Shown here piece after piece: positions 24,325 to 37,474 of a stretch of DNA of 64,000 nucleotides (position 1 is its first letter; each line of letters starts with the position of its first letter). The DNA is from Pristiophorus japonicus (taxonomy: Eukaryota): positions 1,550,001 through 1,614,000 of the forward strand of contig NC_091991.1 in the NCBI RefSeq assembly GCF_044704955.1, in the 5' to 3' direction. Made by a program: the position numbers and the translations under genes. The notes below the pieces were generated by a model. The model made no database searches, was not told the DNA's origin, and saw only the letters and a program-made list of their open reading frames with translations.

Positions 24325-25619
24325 TTGTGGGGAAGACTAGAGGTCGTCAATACAAGGTCACCAATAAATCCAATATGAGAATTCAGGCTTGCATTTATAT
24401 AGCGCCGTTCATAACCACCGGACATCCCAAAGCGCTTTACAGCCAATGAAGTACTTGGAGTGTAGTCACTGTTGTAATGTATGAAGGAGTTCAGAAGAAA
24501 TTTCTTTACCCAGAAAGTGGGGAGAATGTGGAACTCACTCCCACAGGGAGTGGTTGAGGCGAACAGTATCAGTGCATTTAAGGGGAGGCTAGATAAACAT
24601 ATGGGGGAAAAGGAATAGAGGGTGATGTTCATAGTTACGTGGGAGGAGGCTGGAGTGGAGCATAAACACCAGCAAGGACTGGTTGGGCCAAATGGCCTGT
24701 TTCTGGGCCGTATATCCCATGTAACCAGGTGTCCTGGGCCTCCCCATTGAAATTACAACACTGGGAGAGATGACTCGGCCTAACCAGTCTGTGTGGCTAA
24801 TTTTTTAAAGCAAAATCATGGAAATGTTGCAAACACTCAGAAGGTCAGGTAGCCCTTCTGCAGAGAACAGACAAGTTAATATGATTTTAAAAGCAGAAAA
24901 TGTTGTAAACATTCAGGTCACAGATAGCATCGGTAGAGGGGAAACAGCTAACGTTTTAGGTCAATGATCTTTCATCAGAACTCAGCAAGTTTAAAATTGT
25001 CACTAGAGGACCTTTCAATCAGAACTGGAAGCTTAGCGACCAACTGCATTTAAAAAGGAATGGAACAAGCCAGGTCAGCCATGATCTTATTGAATGGCGG
25101 AGCAGGCTCGAGGGCCCAAATGGCCGACTGCTGCTCCTATTTCTTATGTCCTTTAAGCAGGAGGGAGTAAAACACACACACTGGAAAATAAATAGAATTA
25201 CTTGTAAAGAGTTTCGAGTGGCGAACAGGAGATGGTGGAAGTGACTAAGTTGATGAGCTGCAGGCACAAGTGTTCACATGGAACTGATACAGTGGCAGTA
25301 ACAGATCTGGCTCAAAGGGGAAGATTGGTAACATAATTCCTGGCCACAAGGCATTCAGGAAAGAAAGCTAAGGAAAATATGGGTGGGAGGGGATGTGGGG
25401 TGGTGGTGGCAGTATTGATCAAACAAACTATTATAGCATTGGAAAGGCATGATGTAGTTGAGTCACATGGAATATATTTGCAGAAGCAAAATACTGCAGA
25501 TGCTGGAAATCTGAAATAAAAAAATGCTGGAAATACTCAGCAGGTCAGGCAGCATCCGTGGAAAGAGAAACAGTTAATGTTTCAGGTCGGTGACCTTTTG
25601 TCAGAACGGAGTACATAGA

Positions 25620-27995
25620 CAGACTGGTGGACTCGTGACAGATTACACTTAATGCAGAGAGGTGTAAAGTGATTAATTTTAGTAGGAAAATTGGGAGAGG
25701 CAATATAAACTATAATGTAGAGGGGGTGCAACAAAGGTTCACTAGATTGATTCCTGGGATAAGAGGGCTGTCCTATGAAGAAATTTTAAGTAGAATGGGC
25801 CTATATTCTATGGAGTTTAGAAGAGCGAGGTCTGATCTAATTGAAATGTATAACATTCTTGGTGGGCTTGACAGGGTAGATGCTGAGAGATTGTTTCCTG
25901 ACTGGAGAGTCTAGAACCAGGGGTCATAGACTCAGAATAGGGGTCAGCCATTTAAGAACATAAGAAATAGTAACAGGAGTAGGCCATTCAGCCCCTCGAG
26001 CCTGCTCCGCCATTCAGTAAGATGATCGCTAATCTTTCACCTCAACTCCACTTTCCTGTACTATCCCCATATCCCTCGATTCCCTTAATATCCAAAAATC
26101 TATCGATCTCTGTCTTGAATATACTCAACGACTGAGCCTCCACAGTCCTCTGGGGTAGAGAATTAAAAGCTACACCACCCTCTGAGTAAAGAAATGTATC
26201 TTCGTCTCAGTCTTAAATGGCTGACCCCTTATTCTGAGACTGACCCTTGGTTCTAGACTCCACAGCCAAGGGACATCCTCGCTGCATCTACCCTATCAAG
26301 CCCTGTAAAATATGTTGTATGTTTCAATGAGATCACCTCTCATTCTTCTAAACTCTAGAGAATATAGGCCTTGTCTACAAAAACTCTCCTCACAGGACAG
26401 TCCTCCCATCCCAGGAATCAGTCTGGTGAACCTTTGTTGCACTCCCTCTATGGCAAGTATATCCTTCCTTGGGTAAGACGACCAAAACTGTCTATAGAAC
26501 TGAGATGAGAAATTTCTTTCCTCAGAGGGTTGTGAATCTTTGGCCTTCTCAATTGCAGAGTGTTGCGGATGCTCAGTTGTTGAGTATATTCAAGACTGAG
26601 ATTGGTAGATTTTTGGGTAATCAAGGGATTTGGGTATAGGGTAAGAAAGTGGAGTTGAGGTAGATCTGGCATGATATTAAATGGCAGAGCAGGCTAATCC
26701 TGCTCATATTTCTTGTTCTATAAACTAAATGGTACAATTGTAAAGAGGGTGCAAGAACAGGGAGACTTGGGGGTGTATGAGATGTTGAGATGGCTGTTTA
26801 AAGAGACACATGGAACCTTGGCCTTAACAATAGAGGCATAGCTGTCAGAAAACACAGGCACCTATTCCCAGCTTGTCCGTTTATTAATGGTTCTTGTCTG
26901 AATAAACAAGTACCAAACTCCAGACGCGATATGAGAAAATATAGAGGCACAGAGTACAAATACTAAACTTTTATAAAACACTCGTTTGGCTCCAGCTGGA
27001 GTATTGTTGCCAATTATGAGCACCACATTTTAGGAAGGATGTCAAGGCCTCGGAGAAGGTGCAGAAGGTGTTGAGTAGAATGGTTCCAGGGATGAAAGAT
27101 TTCAGTAACATGGAGAGACTAGAGACCCAGGTTGTTCTCCTTGGAGCAGAGAAGGGAAATTTTATAGGTGTTCAAAATCTTGAAGGCTTTGATAGTGTAA
27201 ATAAGGAAAAACTTTCCAGTGCCAGAGGGGTCGGTAACCAGAAGAGACAGATTTAAGGCGATTGGCAAAAGAATCAGGCGACATGAGGAAACAAACTTTT
27301 TACGCAGCGAGTTTTGATCTGGAATGAACTGCCTGAAAGGGTGGTGGAAGCAGATTCAATAATTAAAAAGGAAATGGATAAATACTTGAAAAGGAGGTTC
27401 ACTAGATTGATTCTGGAGATGAGGGGGTTGACTTATGAAGATAGGTTGAGTAGGTTGGGACTATACTCATTGGAGTTCAGAAGAATGAGAGGTGATCTTA
27501 TTGAAACCTATGATAATGAGGGGGCTCGACAAGGTTAATGCAGAGAGGATATTTCCACTCAGGGGAAACTAAAACTAGGGGACATAGTCTCAGAATAAGG
27601 GGCCGCCCATTTAAAACTGAGATGAGGAGGAATTTCTTCTGAGGGTTGTAAATCTGTGGAATTCTCTGCCCCAGAGAGCTGTGGAGGCTGGGTCATTGAA
27701 TATATTTAAGGTGGTGATGGTCAGATATTTGAGCGATAAGGGAGTAAAGGGTTATGGGGAGCAGGCAGGGAAGTGGAACTGGGTCCATGATCAGATCAGC
27801 TATGATCTTATTGAATGGCGGAGCAGGCTCAATGGGCCTAATGGCCTAATCCTGCTCCTATTTCTTACGTTCTGAAACATTTGCAGGGCTATGGGGAAAG
27901 AGCAGGGGAGTGGGACTAACTGGATCGCTCTTTCAAAGAGCTGGCACAGGCATGATGGGCTGAATGGACTCCTGTGCTGTATCATATCTATGATG
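25620..27995. mobile_element. Nest of CR1 3' fragments in both orientations
   Basis: Plus-strand pieces at 25700-25955/26500-26720 and 27390-27870, and a minus-strand piece at 25955-26495, each interrupting another copy. Confidence 0.8.
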
Positions 27996-28651
27996 ATTGT
28001 ATGATGGTCCTGTCCTTTATAAAAGAATGCATCCTCTTGCAAACTGAAGAACACCATGGGAGATTTGCTAGTATATGTAATTTAAAATAATATGCACATT
28101 GCACTTGTTTGTCCATCTTTGGATGGCACCATCTTAAATATACAAAATCACCTGCAGCTGATTTGGCTCAAGTTTCATATTAAAGCAGTGACATTCAAAA
28201 ACTGAAGAGTTGGGAATTGTACAAGTCAAACTCAGGAAGAGCTGGTAGATAATTATGAATGGAAAAACTCCCAAATATGGTCATGAAAATGTCCAGTCTA
28301 GAATAAGCTTCAGCAAAATCCACCAATAAAGGCAAACTAGTGAAATTAATTAACGTTTTGATTGCCATATTTGTGCAGCATAGTACTTGAGGGAATGTTG
28401 CATTTATCGGAGGTGCTGTCTTTTTGGAGGACCAACTGAGGCCCCCTACTGCCTGTTCAAGTAAATGTAAAATATTCCATGGCATTTTAAGAGCAGGGAA
28501 ATTCTATGTCTTGGGCCAAAATGACACTACTGAACCGTATTAACCAATCAATGATCTCATTACTGTTTGTGAGGCCTTACTTTGCACAATTTGGCTGCCA
28601 CGTTTGCCTTCATAAGTGACTACACTTCTGAAAATAATGAATTGGCTGTGA

Positions 28652-29086
28652 AAGACTTGCATTTATATAGCGCCTTTCACGACCACCGGACATCCCAAAA
28701 CGCTTTACAGCCAGTGAAGTACTTTTGGAGTGTAGTCACTGTTGTAATGTGGCGAACACGGCAGCCAATTTGCGCACAGCAATGTGATAATGACTAATGT
28801 TTTTCTAGTGATGTTGATTGAGGGATAAATATTGGCCAGAACACCGGGATAACTCCCCTGTTCTTTGAAATAGCGTCATGGGATCTTTTACATCCACCTG
28901 AGAGCAGACAGGGCCTTGGATTAATGTCTCATGGAAAGACGGCACCTCCGACAGTGCAGCACTCCTTCAGTACTACACTGGGAGTGTCAGCCTAGATTTA
29001 TGTGCTCAAGTCCCTGGAGTGGGACTTAAACCCACAACCTTCTGACTCACAAGGTGTGAGTGCTGCCCACTGATCAATAGCTGACA
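28652..29086 (-). mobile_element. Deu-domain SINE nested in an older plus-strand copy
   Basis: Reverse complement of the 22746-23152 family; older copy at ~28375-28650 resumes at ~29088-29145. Confidence 0.78.
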
Positions 29087-29839
29087 CAGTGAAGTACTTT
29101 GGGATGTCCTGTAGATGTGCAAGGTGCTATGTAAATTCAAGTCAGTTTGTTCTTCAGACCTGCCTGAAAAATATTTTTTTCTGTGTTCAGACTGTTTCCA
29201 GCAAATTTTTAATGCAAAAAAAGTCTCGAATCGGTTTTTAAGTACAAAAATTAAACACCTAATTCCTGTTTTTCTGACTGCAAGATAGCTTGGCCTCTAT
29301 CCAAAGGAGGAGTCGGGCAGCTGCAAATCGAGAAACTTCCTGCTGTAAGATCAGTTACCCTCATCATTTGCCTATGTGGACCAGTTCCCCACATGGAGCA
29401 TGTGATCAATGTTCGTTAAAGAACAAACAGACTGGGGATTGAGCTAAGTGTAATCGTGCTTCCGATCCCAGACTACCAGATCATCAACAGTATAGGTTTT
29501 TATTTTGCATATTATCTGAAAGATTCTGTTACCTGTTCCTGCCAGTATGCTTGGGTCCAATCCTGTAGTTACACGTTTTATTATAAGATAGAATCTCAGT
29601 TGAAACTACAAGACGTTTGTTTCATGCATTTTTATAGCTTTAAATATAGAATTTTTCATAATCCACATTTCTACAAACCTAGTCAAGTCATACTTCGATA
29701 AATTAACAGTTTAGTTATTGCCTCTTACTGTCCAAAGGTTTGAGCAATCAAAAATGTATGTTAATGCAAGTTCTTGTGTAGACAGCAATGGGGTTGTTGG
29801 CCCAATCGAGGACGCTAATGTTGGTGTGTCTGTCCTCCC

Positions 29840-30290
29840 AGCATCGAATCACTGACCACACTCGACCAGCTCCGTTGGGCGGGCCACATTGTTCGAATGC
29901 CCGACACGAGACACCCAAAGGAAGTGCTCTACTTAGAACTCCTACACGGCAAGCGAGCCCCAGGTGGGCAGAGGAAACGTTACAAGGACATTCTCAAAGC
30001 CTCCTTGATAAAATGCAACATCCCCACCGACACTTGGGAGTCCCTGGCCAAAGACTGCCTTAAGTGGAGAAAGTGCATCCGGGAGGGCGCTGAGCACCTT
30101 GAGTCTTGTCGCCAAGAGCGTGCAGAAAGCGTGTGGCAAACCAGTCCCACCCACCCTTTCCTTCAACCACTGTCTGTCCCACCTGTGACAGAGACTGTGA
30201 TTCCCCCATTGGACTGTTCAGACACCTAAGAACTCACTTTTAGAGTGGAAGCAAGTCTTCCTCGATCCCGAAGGACTGCCTATGATGATG
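29840..30290 (+). mobile_element. RTE-clade LINE 3' end
   Basis: MPDTRHPKEVLYLELLHGKRAPGGQRKRYKDILKASL...WRKCIREG; (ATG)n tail. Confidence 0.88.
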
Positions 30291-31007
30291 TGTTGTACAT
30301 ACATTCGACCATTGAAATCCTTCTCAAGAGGAAGCAGCTGCCACTGTTGTCATAACAAAATTATTACTGAATATATTTTGTTACCTACCACCAAATCATA
30401 TATACACACAACTATTGCAGTTGATAGCTTCCTCATTAAAAAGGTATCTATTAAACACATGAGGGGAAAAAGGAATAGAAGGATATACAGACAGGGTTAG
30501 ATCGTGTGGACGGCAGCATAGACCAGTTGGGCCGAATGGCCTGTTTCTGTGCTGTACTTTCTATGTAACTCAAAAGTGCAATGTGAATCAGCTTAGCTGT
30601 TTGTTTCAATACAGCATTATTGTGGTACAGTGGATATATTTGCACTGTTGTGATTTTACTATATCCAATTGATTTTCTATAATCAGTAGAGGTGGTCGGC
30701 TACAGAAATCTGAGAGAACAGAAGAATTAGGAACGGGAGTAGGCCATCTAGCCCCTCGAGCCTGCTCCGCCATTCAACAAGATCATGGCTGATCTGGCCG
30801 TGGACTCAGCTCCACTTACCCGCCCGCTCCCCATAACCCTTAATTCCCTTATTGGTTAAATTGGAGATTACTTTACAGTGCAAATTGCACAATGTTAACC
30901 ACTATGGTGATTCATCATTGGAGTATTCACCTAATACGTAGTGTTATTCAACATTTGTTTCACAGCTAGCAGTACTACTAATTCGGAGACCATTTTTGCA
31001 ACTAAAG

Positions 31008-31115
31008 ATGCCAGCAGGGGTGTCCTGGCCTCGTTACCTAAAGATGCTGGGGACAAGCATTCTGGCAATGTTTGCAGGAGCAGAAGTAGTACACAGGTAC
31101 TATAGACCAGATTTG
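31008..31115 (+). CDS. UQCC6: Complex III assembly factor 6 (BRAWNIN, C12orf73), first coding exon
   Basis: MPAGVSWPRYLKMLGTSILAMFAGAEVVHRYYRPDL; acceptor CACAG ending 30965, donor GTGAGT at 31116; syntenic between TDG and HSP90B1. Confidence 0.95.
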
Positions 31116-31678
31116 GTGAGTGAAAAGTCTTATATATTTTGTTTGCCTCTCAATTCTTGCCCTTAATATTCTTTGGCTGGGGAGGGGTATGTAGGCAACT
31201 TGACTTCAGGTCTCTGGCCCTACTGCTCTTAGCTTACCACTAGGACATGAAGGTTGAGAGCTGACCGTTGTACTCCAACTATTAGCATTTTATTCCTGTT
31301 CCCTTCATTTCTGTAAAGAAATGCTGCAGTGAACTCAGCACATTTTATACCCTTTACATAAACCCATGTTCTCTCCATGGCATAGAAGAAACATCCATGT
31401 GCCACACCTATCAATTCTATTTAAAACGTTCTCCACCCATTAATTTCCATGTTTAAAAACAATGACACCACATACTCATGGGGATAACATTTTCTTTCCC
31501 ATATTGAAGATAAATTTGATGCATTTCTACACCTCAGCCATACAACCATTAATGTGTTTTGTTTCTTTCTTCTCTGTCTTTAGACCTTTTACAAATATGA
31601 ATTAAATAATGTGCATTTAATCCATCCTATACTTTGGTTGTGTCACATTTTTCAATCTGCAAATTGTGGTTCACACTT

Positions 31679-32033
31679 GCATATTTAGGTAACAAGGCCA
31701 GGACGCGCCTGCTGGCATCTTTAATTGCGAAAGTGGTCTCCTAATTAGTAGTACTGCTAGCTGCAAAACAAACATTTGATGACATCAAGTATTAAGTGAA
31801 AACAACTCCAATGATGAATCACCATAGTGGTTAACTTCGTACAATTTGCACTGTAAAGTAATCTCAGATTTTTGTAACCGACCCTTCTACTGATTATAAA
31901 AAATCAATTTAGATCTATTAAAATCACAACAGTGCAAATATATCCACTGTACCATAATAATGCTGTATTGAAGCAAACAGCTAAGTTGGTTCACATTTCA
32001 CTTTTGAATTACATAGAATGTACGTCACAAAAA
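31679..32033 (-). pseudogene. Inverted partial duplicate of the UQCC6 first coding exon and upstream intron
   Basis: Reverse complement aligns to ~30545-31047, except for a later insertion in that arm; reads MPAGASWPCYLNMQV-stop. Confidence 0.88.
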
Positions 32034-32384
32034 AGCGAGTAATTTTATGCTGGGTTTGTCTACCCTGGGGCTAATTTTTTAAAATACCTTTTACATTATA
32101 GTTGTTCTCGGTAATTTACAAGTAGCTACCGATATCTAGAAAGCCAAAGGAGATCTGCTAGTGTAATATTTGAAAGATGTAAATGCAGATTGTGCCTACT
32201 CGTAAGTTAGTTCCACGGGAGCAATCTTTCATGTGTGAGTACACTGTGTTTCAGCAGCCTTCTCGTGAGCATCAAATCAAGCCCACTTACATCCTTAATC
32301 GATAATCACACTTACACTTTTCAGCAAGAGGCATTAGATACTGAGTCGGAACCCTAGTTGATTTTGGTCCTAGCCTAAAAGGGG

Positions 32385-35000
32385 TCATAGAAAATAGGTG
32401 CAGGAGTAGGCCATTTGGCCCTTCGAGCCTGCACCACCATTCAATGAGATCATGCCTGATCATTCCTTCAGTACCCCTTTCCTGCTTTCTCTCCATACCC
32501 CTTGATCCCCTTAACCGTAAGGGCCATATCTAACTCCCTCTTGAATATATCCAATGAACTGGCATCAACAACTGTCTGCGGCAGGGAATACCACAGGTTA
32601 ACAACTCTGAGTGAAGAAGTTTCTCCTCATCTTAGTCCTAAATGGCCTGTCCCTTATCCTAAGACTGTGTCCCCTGGTTCTGGACTTCCCCAACATCGGA
32701 AACATTCTTCCCGCATCTAGCCTGTCTAATCCAGTCAGAATCTTATATGTTTCTATGAGATCCCCTCTCATCCATCTAAACTCCAGTGAATAAAGGCCCA
32801 GTTGATCCAGTCTCTTCTCATATGTCATTCCAGCCATCCCTGGAATCAGTCTGGTGAACCTTCACTGCACTTCCTCAATAGCAAGAACGTCCTTCCTCAG
32901 ATTAGGAGACCAAAACTGAACACAATATTCCAGGTGGGGCTTCACCAAGGCCCTGTACAACTGCAGCAAGACTTCCCTGCTCCTATACTCAAATCCCCTT
33001 GCTATAAAGGCCAACATACCATTTGCCGCCTTCACTGCCTGCTGTACCTGCATGCCAACTTTCAATGACTGATGAACCATGACACCTAGATCACACTGCA
33101 CCTCCCCTTTTCCTAATCTTCCGCCATTCAGATAATATTCTGCCTTCGTGTTTTTGCCCCCAAAGTGGATAACCTCACATTTATCCACATTATACTGCAT
33201 CTGCCATCTATTTGCTCACTCGCCTAGCCTGTCCAAGTCACCCTGCAGCCTCTTAGTGTCCTCCTCACAGATCACACCGCCACCAAGTTTAGTGTCATCT
33301 GCAAACTTGGAGATATTACACTCAATTCCATCATCTAAATCATTAATATATATTGTAAAGAGCTGGGGTCCCAGCACTGAGCTCTGCGGCACTCCACTAG
33401 TCACTGCCTGCCATTCTGAAAAGGACCCGTTAATCCCGTCTGCTTCCTGTCTGCCAACCAGTTCTCTATCCACGTCAGTACATTACCCCCAATAACATGT
33501 GCTTTGATTTTGCACACCAATCTCTTGTGTGGGATCTTGTCAAAAGCCTTTTGAAAGTCCAAATACACCACATCCACTGGTTCTCCCTTGTCCACCCTAC
33601 TAGTTACATCCTCAAAAAATTCCAGAAGATTTGTCAAGCATGATTTCCCTTTCATAAATCCATGCTGACTTGGACAGATCCTGTCACTGCTCTCCAAATG
33701 CGCTATTTCATCCTTAATGATTGATTCCAACATTTTCCCCACCACCGATGTCAGGCTAACTGGTCTATAATTACCCGTTTTCTCTCTCCCTCCTTTTTTA
33801 AAAAGTGGTGTTACATTAGCAACCCTCTAGTCCATAGGAACTGATCCAGAGTCGATAGACTGTTGGAAAATTATCACCAAAGCATCCACTATTTCTAGTG
33901 CCACTTCCTTAAGTACTCTGGGATGTAGACTATCAGGCCCTGGGGATTTATCGGCCTTCAACCCCATCAATTTCCCTAACACAATTTCTCGCCTAATAAG
34001 GATATCCTTCAGTTCCTCCTGCTCACTAGTCCTTCGGACCCCTAGTACATCGGGAAGGTTATTTGTGTCTTCCTTTGTGAAGACAGAACCAAAGTACTTG
34101 TTCAATTGGTCTGCCATTTCTTTGTTCCCCATTATAAATTCACCCGAATCCGACTGCAAGGGACCAACGCTTGTCTTCACTAATCTTTTTCTCTTCACAT
34201 ACCTATGGAAGCTTTTGCAGTAATTTTTTATGTTTCCGGCAAGCTTCCTCTCGTACTCTATTTTGGTTTGTACTGGTCCCACCTCCCCCAGAACCGGTTC
34301 CAATGTCCCAGGAATTTGAATCCCTCCCCTCTGCACCACTGCTCAAGCCACGTATTCATCTGAGCTATCCTGCGATTCCTACTCTGACTAGCACGTGGCA
34401 CTGGTAGCAATGCTGAGATTACTACTTTTGAGTTCCTACTTTTTAATTTAACTCCTAGCTCCCTAAATTCGTCTTGTAGGACCTCATCCCATTTTTTACC
34501 TATATCATTGGTGCCAATGTGCACCACGACAACTGGCTGTTCACCCTTTTCAGAATGTCCTGCACCCGCTCCGAGACATCCTTGACCCTTGCACCAGGGA
34601 GGCAACGTACCATCCTGGAGTCTCGGTTGCGGCCACAGAAACGCCTATCTTATTCCCCTTACAATCGAATCCCCTATCACTATTGCTCTTTTTCCTGCCC
34701 TCCTGTGCAGCAGAGCCAGCCACGGTGCCATGAACCTGGCTGCTGCTGCTCTCCCCTGATGAGTCATCCCCCTGAACATTACCCAAAGCGGTGTATCTGT
34801 TTTGCAGGGGGATGAGCGCAGGGGACCCCTGCACTACCTTCCTTGCACTGCTCTTTCTGCTGGTCTTCCATTCCCTATCTGGCTGTGTACCCTTTACCTG
34901 CGGTAAGACCAACTCGCTAAACATGCTATTCACGTCATTCTCAGCATCGTGGATGCTCCAGAGTGAATCCACCCACAGCTCCTGTTCCACAACGCGGTCA
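32385..35000 (-). mobile_element. CR1 LINE with ORF1 esterase and internally deleted ORF2
   Basis: ORF1 VVVHIGTNDIG...WGRWDQYKP joined at ~34263 to ORF2 KIEYERKLAGNIK; RT motifs and 3' tail at the left. Confidence 0.9.
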
Positions 35001-36064
35001 TGGTCAATTATAGCACCATCAATCCAGTGGAGTTTATCCAACTCCAAACAGACCAGAGATTGTACTTGGTACATTTTAGGTATGCAAAGCTGGCCAGCCA
35101 CCCTGCTGCATTGTGTAAGTAACTAGTGTTAGCAGGGGAGCTTTGCATTAATCTTAACAGCTGGAAGCAAAAGGTAATGAAAATATCAGCAAATAATGCT
35201 TTATTGTATTTTAAAGCAAGGATGGTCAAGCTGTGAATGTATTTAACATTCAAATAAGTAGATATTAAAAGTAGCAGGAAATTGTCGAAGCTCAGACAAG
35301 CATTCACAAAAATGTTTTGGGGGACCATTGCTGTCTGCAAAAGCATTGGTGTGGGAGTAGGAGATAATGAGTGCAATATTAACAAAGCGAGAATTATAAG
35401 TTGGCACACATGAATTATTGAATTTGAGGATCTGGATCAGACATTTTACTGTACAATGCTGTTACATTCAAAGTTGCCGCATGAACATACAAAATTGTCA
35501 GCCATGAAAAGACCAGATGGTCCATCAAGGCTGCCCCAAATAATGATGACCGGACCATCATGGCTAAATGTTTTCGTCCCGTTCATTCCCCGCAGCTATG
35601 TAATCTGGGAGAGGCAAAAGTCCAGGGCCAATAAGAGAAAAACTCTGGAAAATTCCGTTGACCCTCAGGCGATCAAAAGCAGTCCAGGAGATCACACGGA
35701 CCAAGTGTTATCGATAAAGACACTTACCTTCTACATGATGTGATCTCTTCCCCAGTCAGGAACTGGTCCAGCTCCCTCTTGAAGGCAGAGAGTCAGCACC
35801 CGCCACACTAGCCCACACAACGAATTCCAGAGGCTCAATTCTCTCGAAAAAGAACTGCCTAATATCCAGTTTATTGACACCTGCATAGTTTAAACTTGTG
35901 CCCCCAGGTCCCCTCCCAATATACGAGATAGGGATGCTTCCAGCCCATTAATTATTGATCACCCAAGTCTATGCTGCTCTGAAGTCAATAAACAGAGGTC
36001 CTCGAGCCGTTTGGAGTACTGGAGGTTCTTTACAACACACATCATTTTTCAGCTGCACAGGGGG

Positions 36065-37470
36065 AGGGATGAAGAATAAAAGAGCTCTGGTGATAGGTGA
36101 TTCTATAGGTAGGAGAACAGACAGGCGTTTCTTTGGCCGTAGACGTGACTTCCGAATGGTATGGTGCCTCCCTGGTGCCAGGGTCAAGGATGTCACAGAG
36201 CGGACGCAGGGCATTCTGGGGTGGGGGGAGAAAGAGGGTAAACAGCTCGAGGTCCTGGTCCATATCGGGACCAACGACATAGGTAGAAAGAGGGATGAGG
36301 TCCTACAGGAAGAATTGAGGGAGCTAGGAAGAAAATTAAAGGTAGTAATCTCCGGGTTACTACCGGTGCCACGTGCTAATGAGTATAAGAATAGAAGGAT
36401 AGAGAAGATGAACACATGGCTGGAAAGTTGGTGTAGGAGGGAGGGCTTTAAGTTCTTGAGGCATTGGGACCACTTCTGGGGGAGATGGGACCTGTACAAA
36501 CCAGACGGGTTGCACCTCAACAGGGCCGGGACCAATATCCTCACGGGGAGTTTTGCTAGTGCTGTTGGGGAGAGGTTAAACTAGCTTGGCAGGGGGATGG
36601 GAACCTGAGAACAAATTCAATAGGGAAGGAAGTAAAGCAGAAATTGGATAGCAAGAATCTAGAAAGCGAATTTGTAAGACAGAGGAAACAGGGCTGAGTA
36701 AGTAGTAAGCGAGGAGGTCTTCCTGTGCTGAATGGTATATACTTTAATGCAAGGAGTACAGTGAATAAGGCAGATGAGCTAAGAGCACAGGTAGATATTG
36801 GGAGTATGACATTATCGCCATTTCAGAAACATGACTGAAAGAGGAGCAGGTTTGGCAGATCAATATTCCTGGTTACAGGATTTTTAGACAAGACAGAGAG
36901 AGGGGTAAAAAAGGGGGGGGGGGGGCGGTGTCAAGGTACTAATTTAAAAAAAACCAGCGGTGAGGGGGGATGATATGTGAGAGGGATCATCAAATGAGGC
37001 CATATGGGTCGAATTGAAAAATAAAAAAGGGGCGATCACACTGCTGGGCATGTATTATAGACCCCCAAACAGTGGGAGGGAGATAGAGGAACAAATATGT
37101 CGGCAAATTGCTGTGAAGTCCAAAAACCATAGGGTCGTAATAGTGGGGGATTTTAACTACCCAAATATTGACTGGGTACAGAGGGTGCGGAATTCTTGAA
37201 ATGCATTCAAGAGAACTTTTTTAGTCAGTATGTAACAGCCCAACACGACAGGGGGCGGTCTTGGATTTAGTTTTGGGGAATGAAGCTGGGCAGGTTGAAG
37301 GGTATTAGTGGGAGAGCACTTGGGTGCTAGTGACCATAATTCAGTCAGATTCAAGTTGGTTATGGATAAGGACAAGGATAAGCCTGGAATAAAAGTCCTG
37401 AATTGGGGAAAAACTAATTTTGCTAAGTTAAGGAATGATTTGGCCATAGTGGACTGGAAACAGCTACTTG
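36065..37470 (+). mobile_element. CR1 LINE 5' part: ORF1 SGNH esterase and ORF2 APE endonuclease
   Basis: VIGDSI, HIGTNDIG, DGLHLN; then YYRPPNS, VGDFNYP, SDHN. Confidence 0.9.
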
Positions 37471-37474
37471 TGAG

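Noticed and set aside
23265-24632. Multiple long ORFs across the TDG/UQCC6 CpG island
   Set aside because: GC-content artefacts; only the two short TDG exons fit splice phase
35008-35409. 133-aa minus-strand ORF as a possible exon
   Set aside because: No recognisable motif or consistent splice partners
35955-36584. 209-aa SGNH esterase as a host gene
   Set aside because: It is CR1 ORF1, directly followed by decayed ORF2 endonuclease
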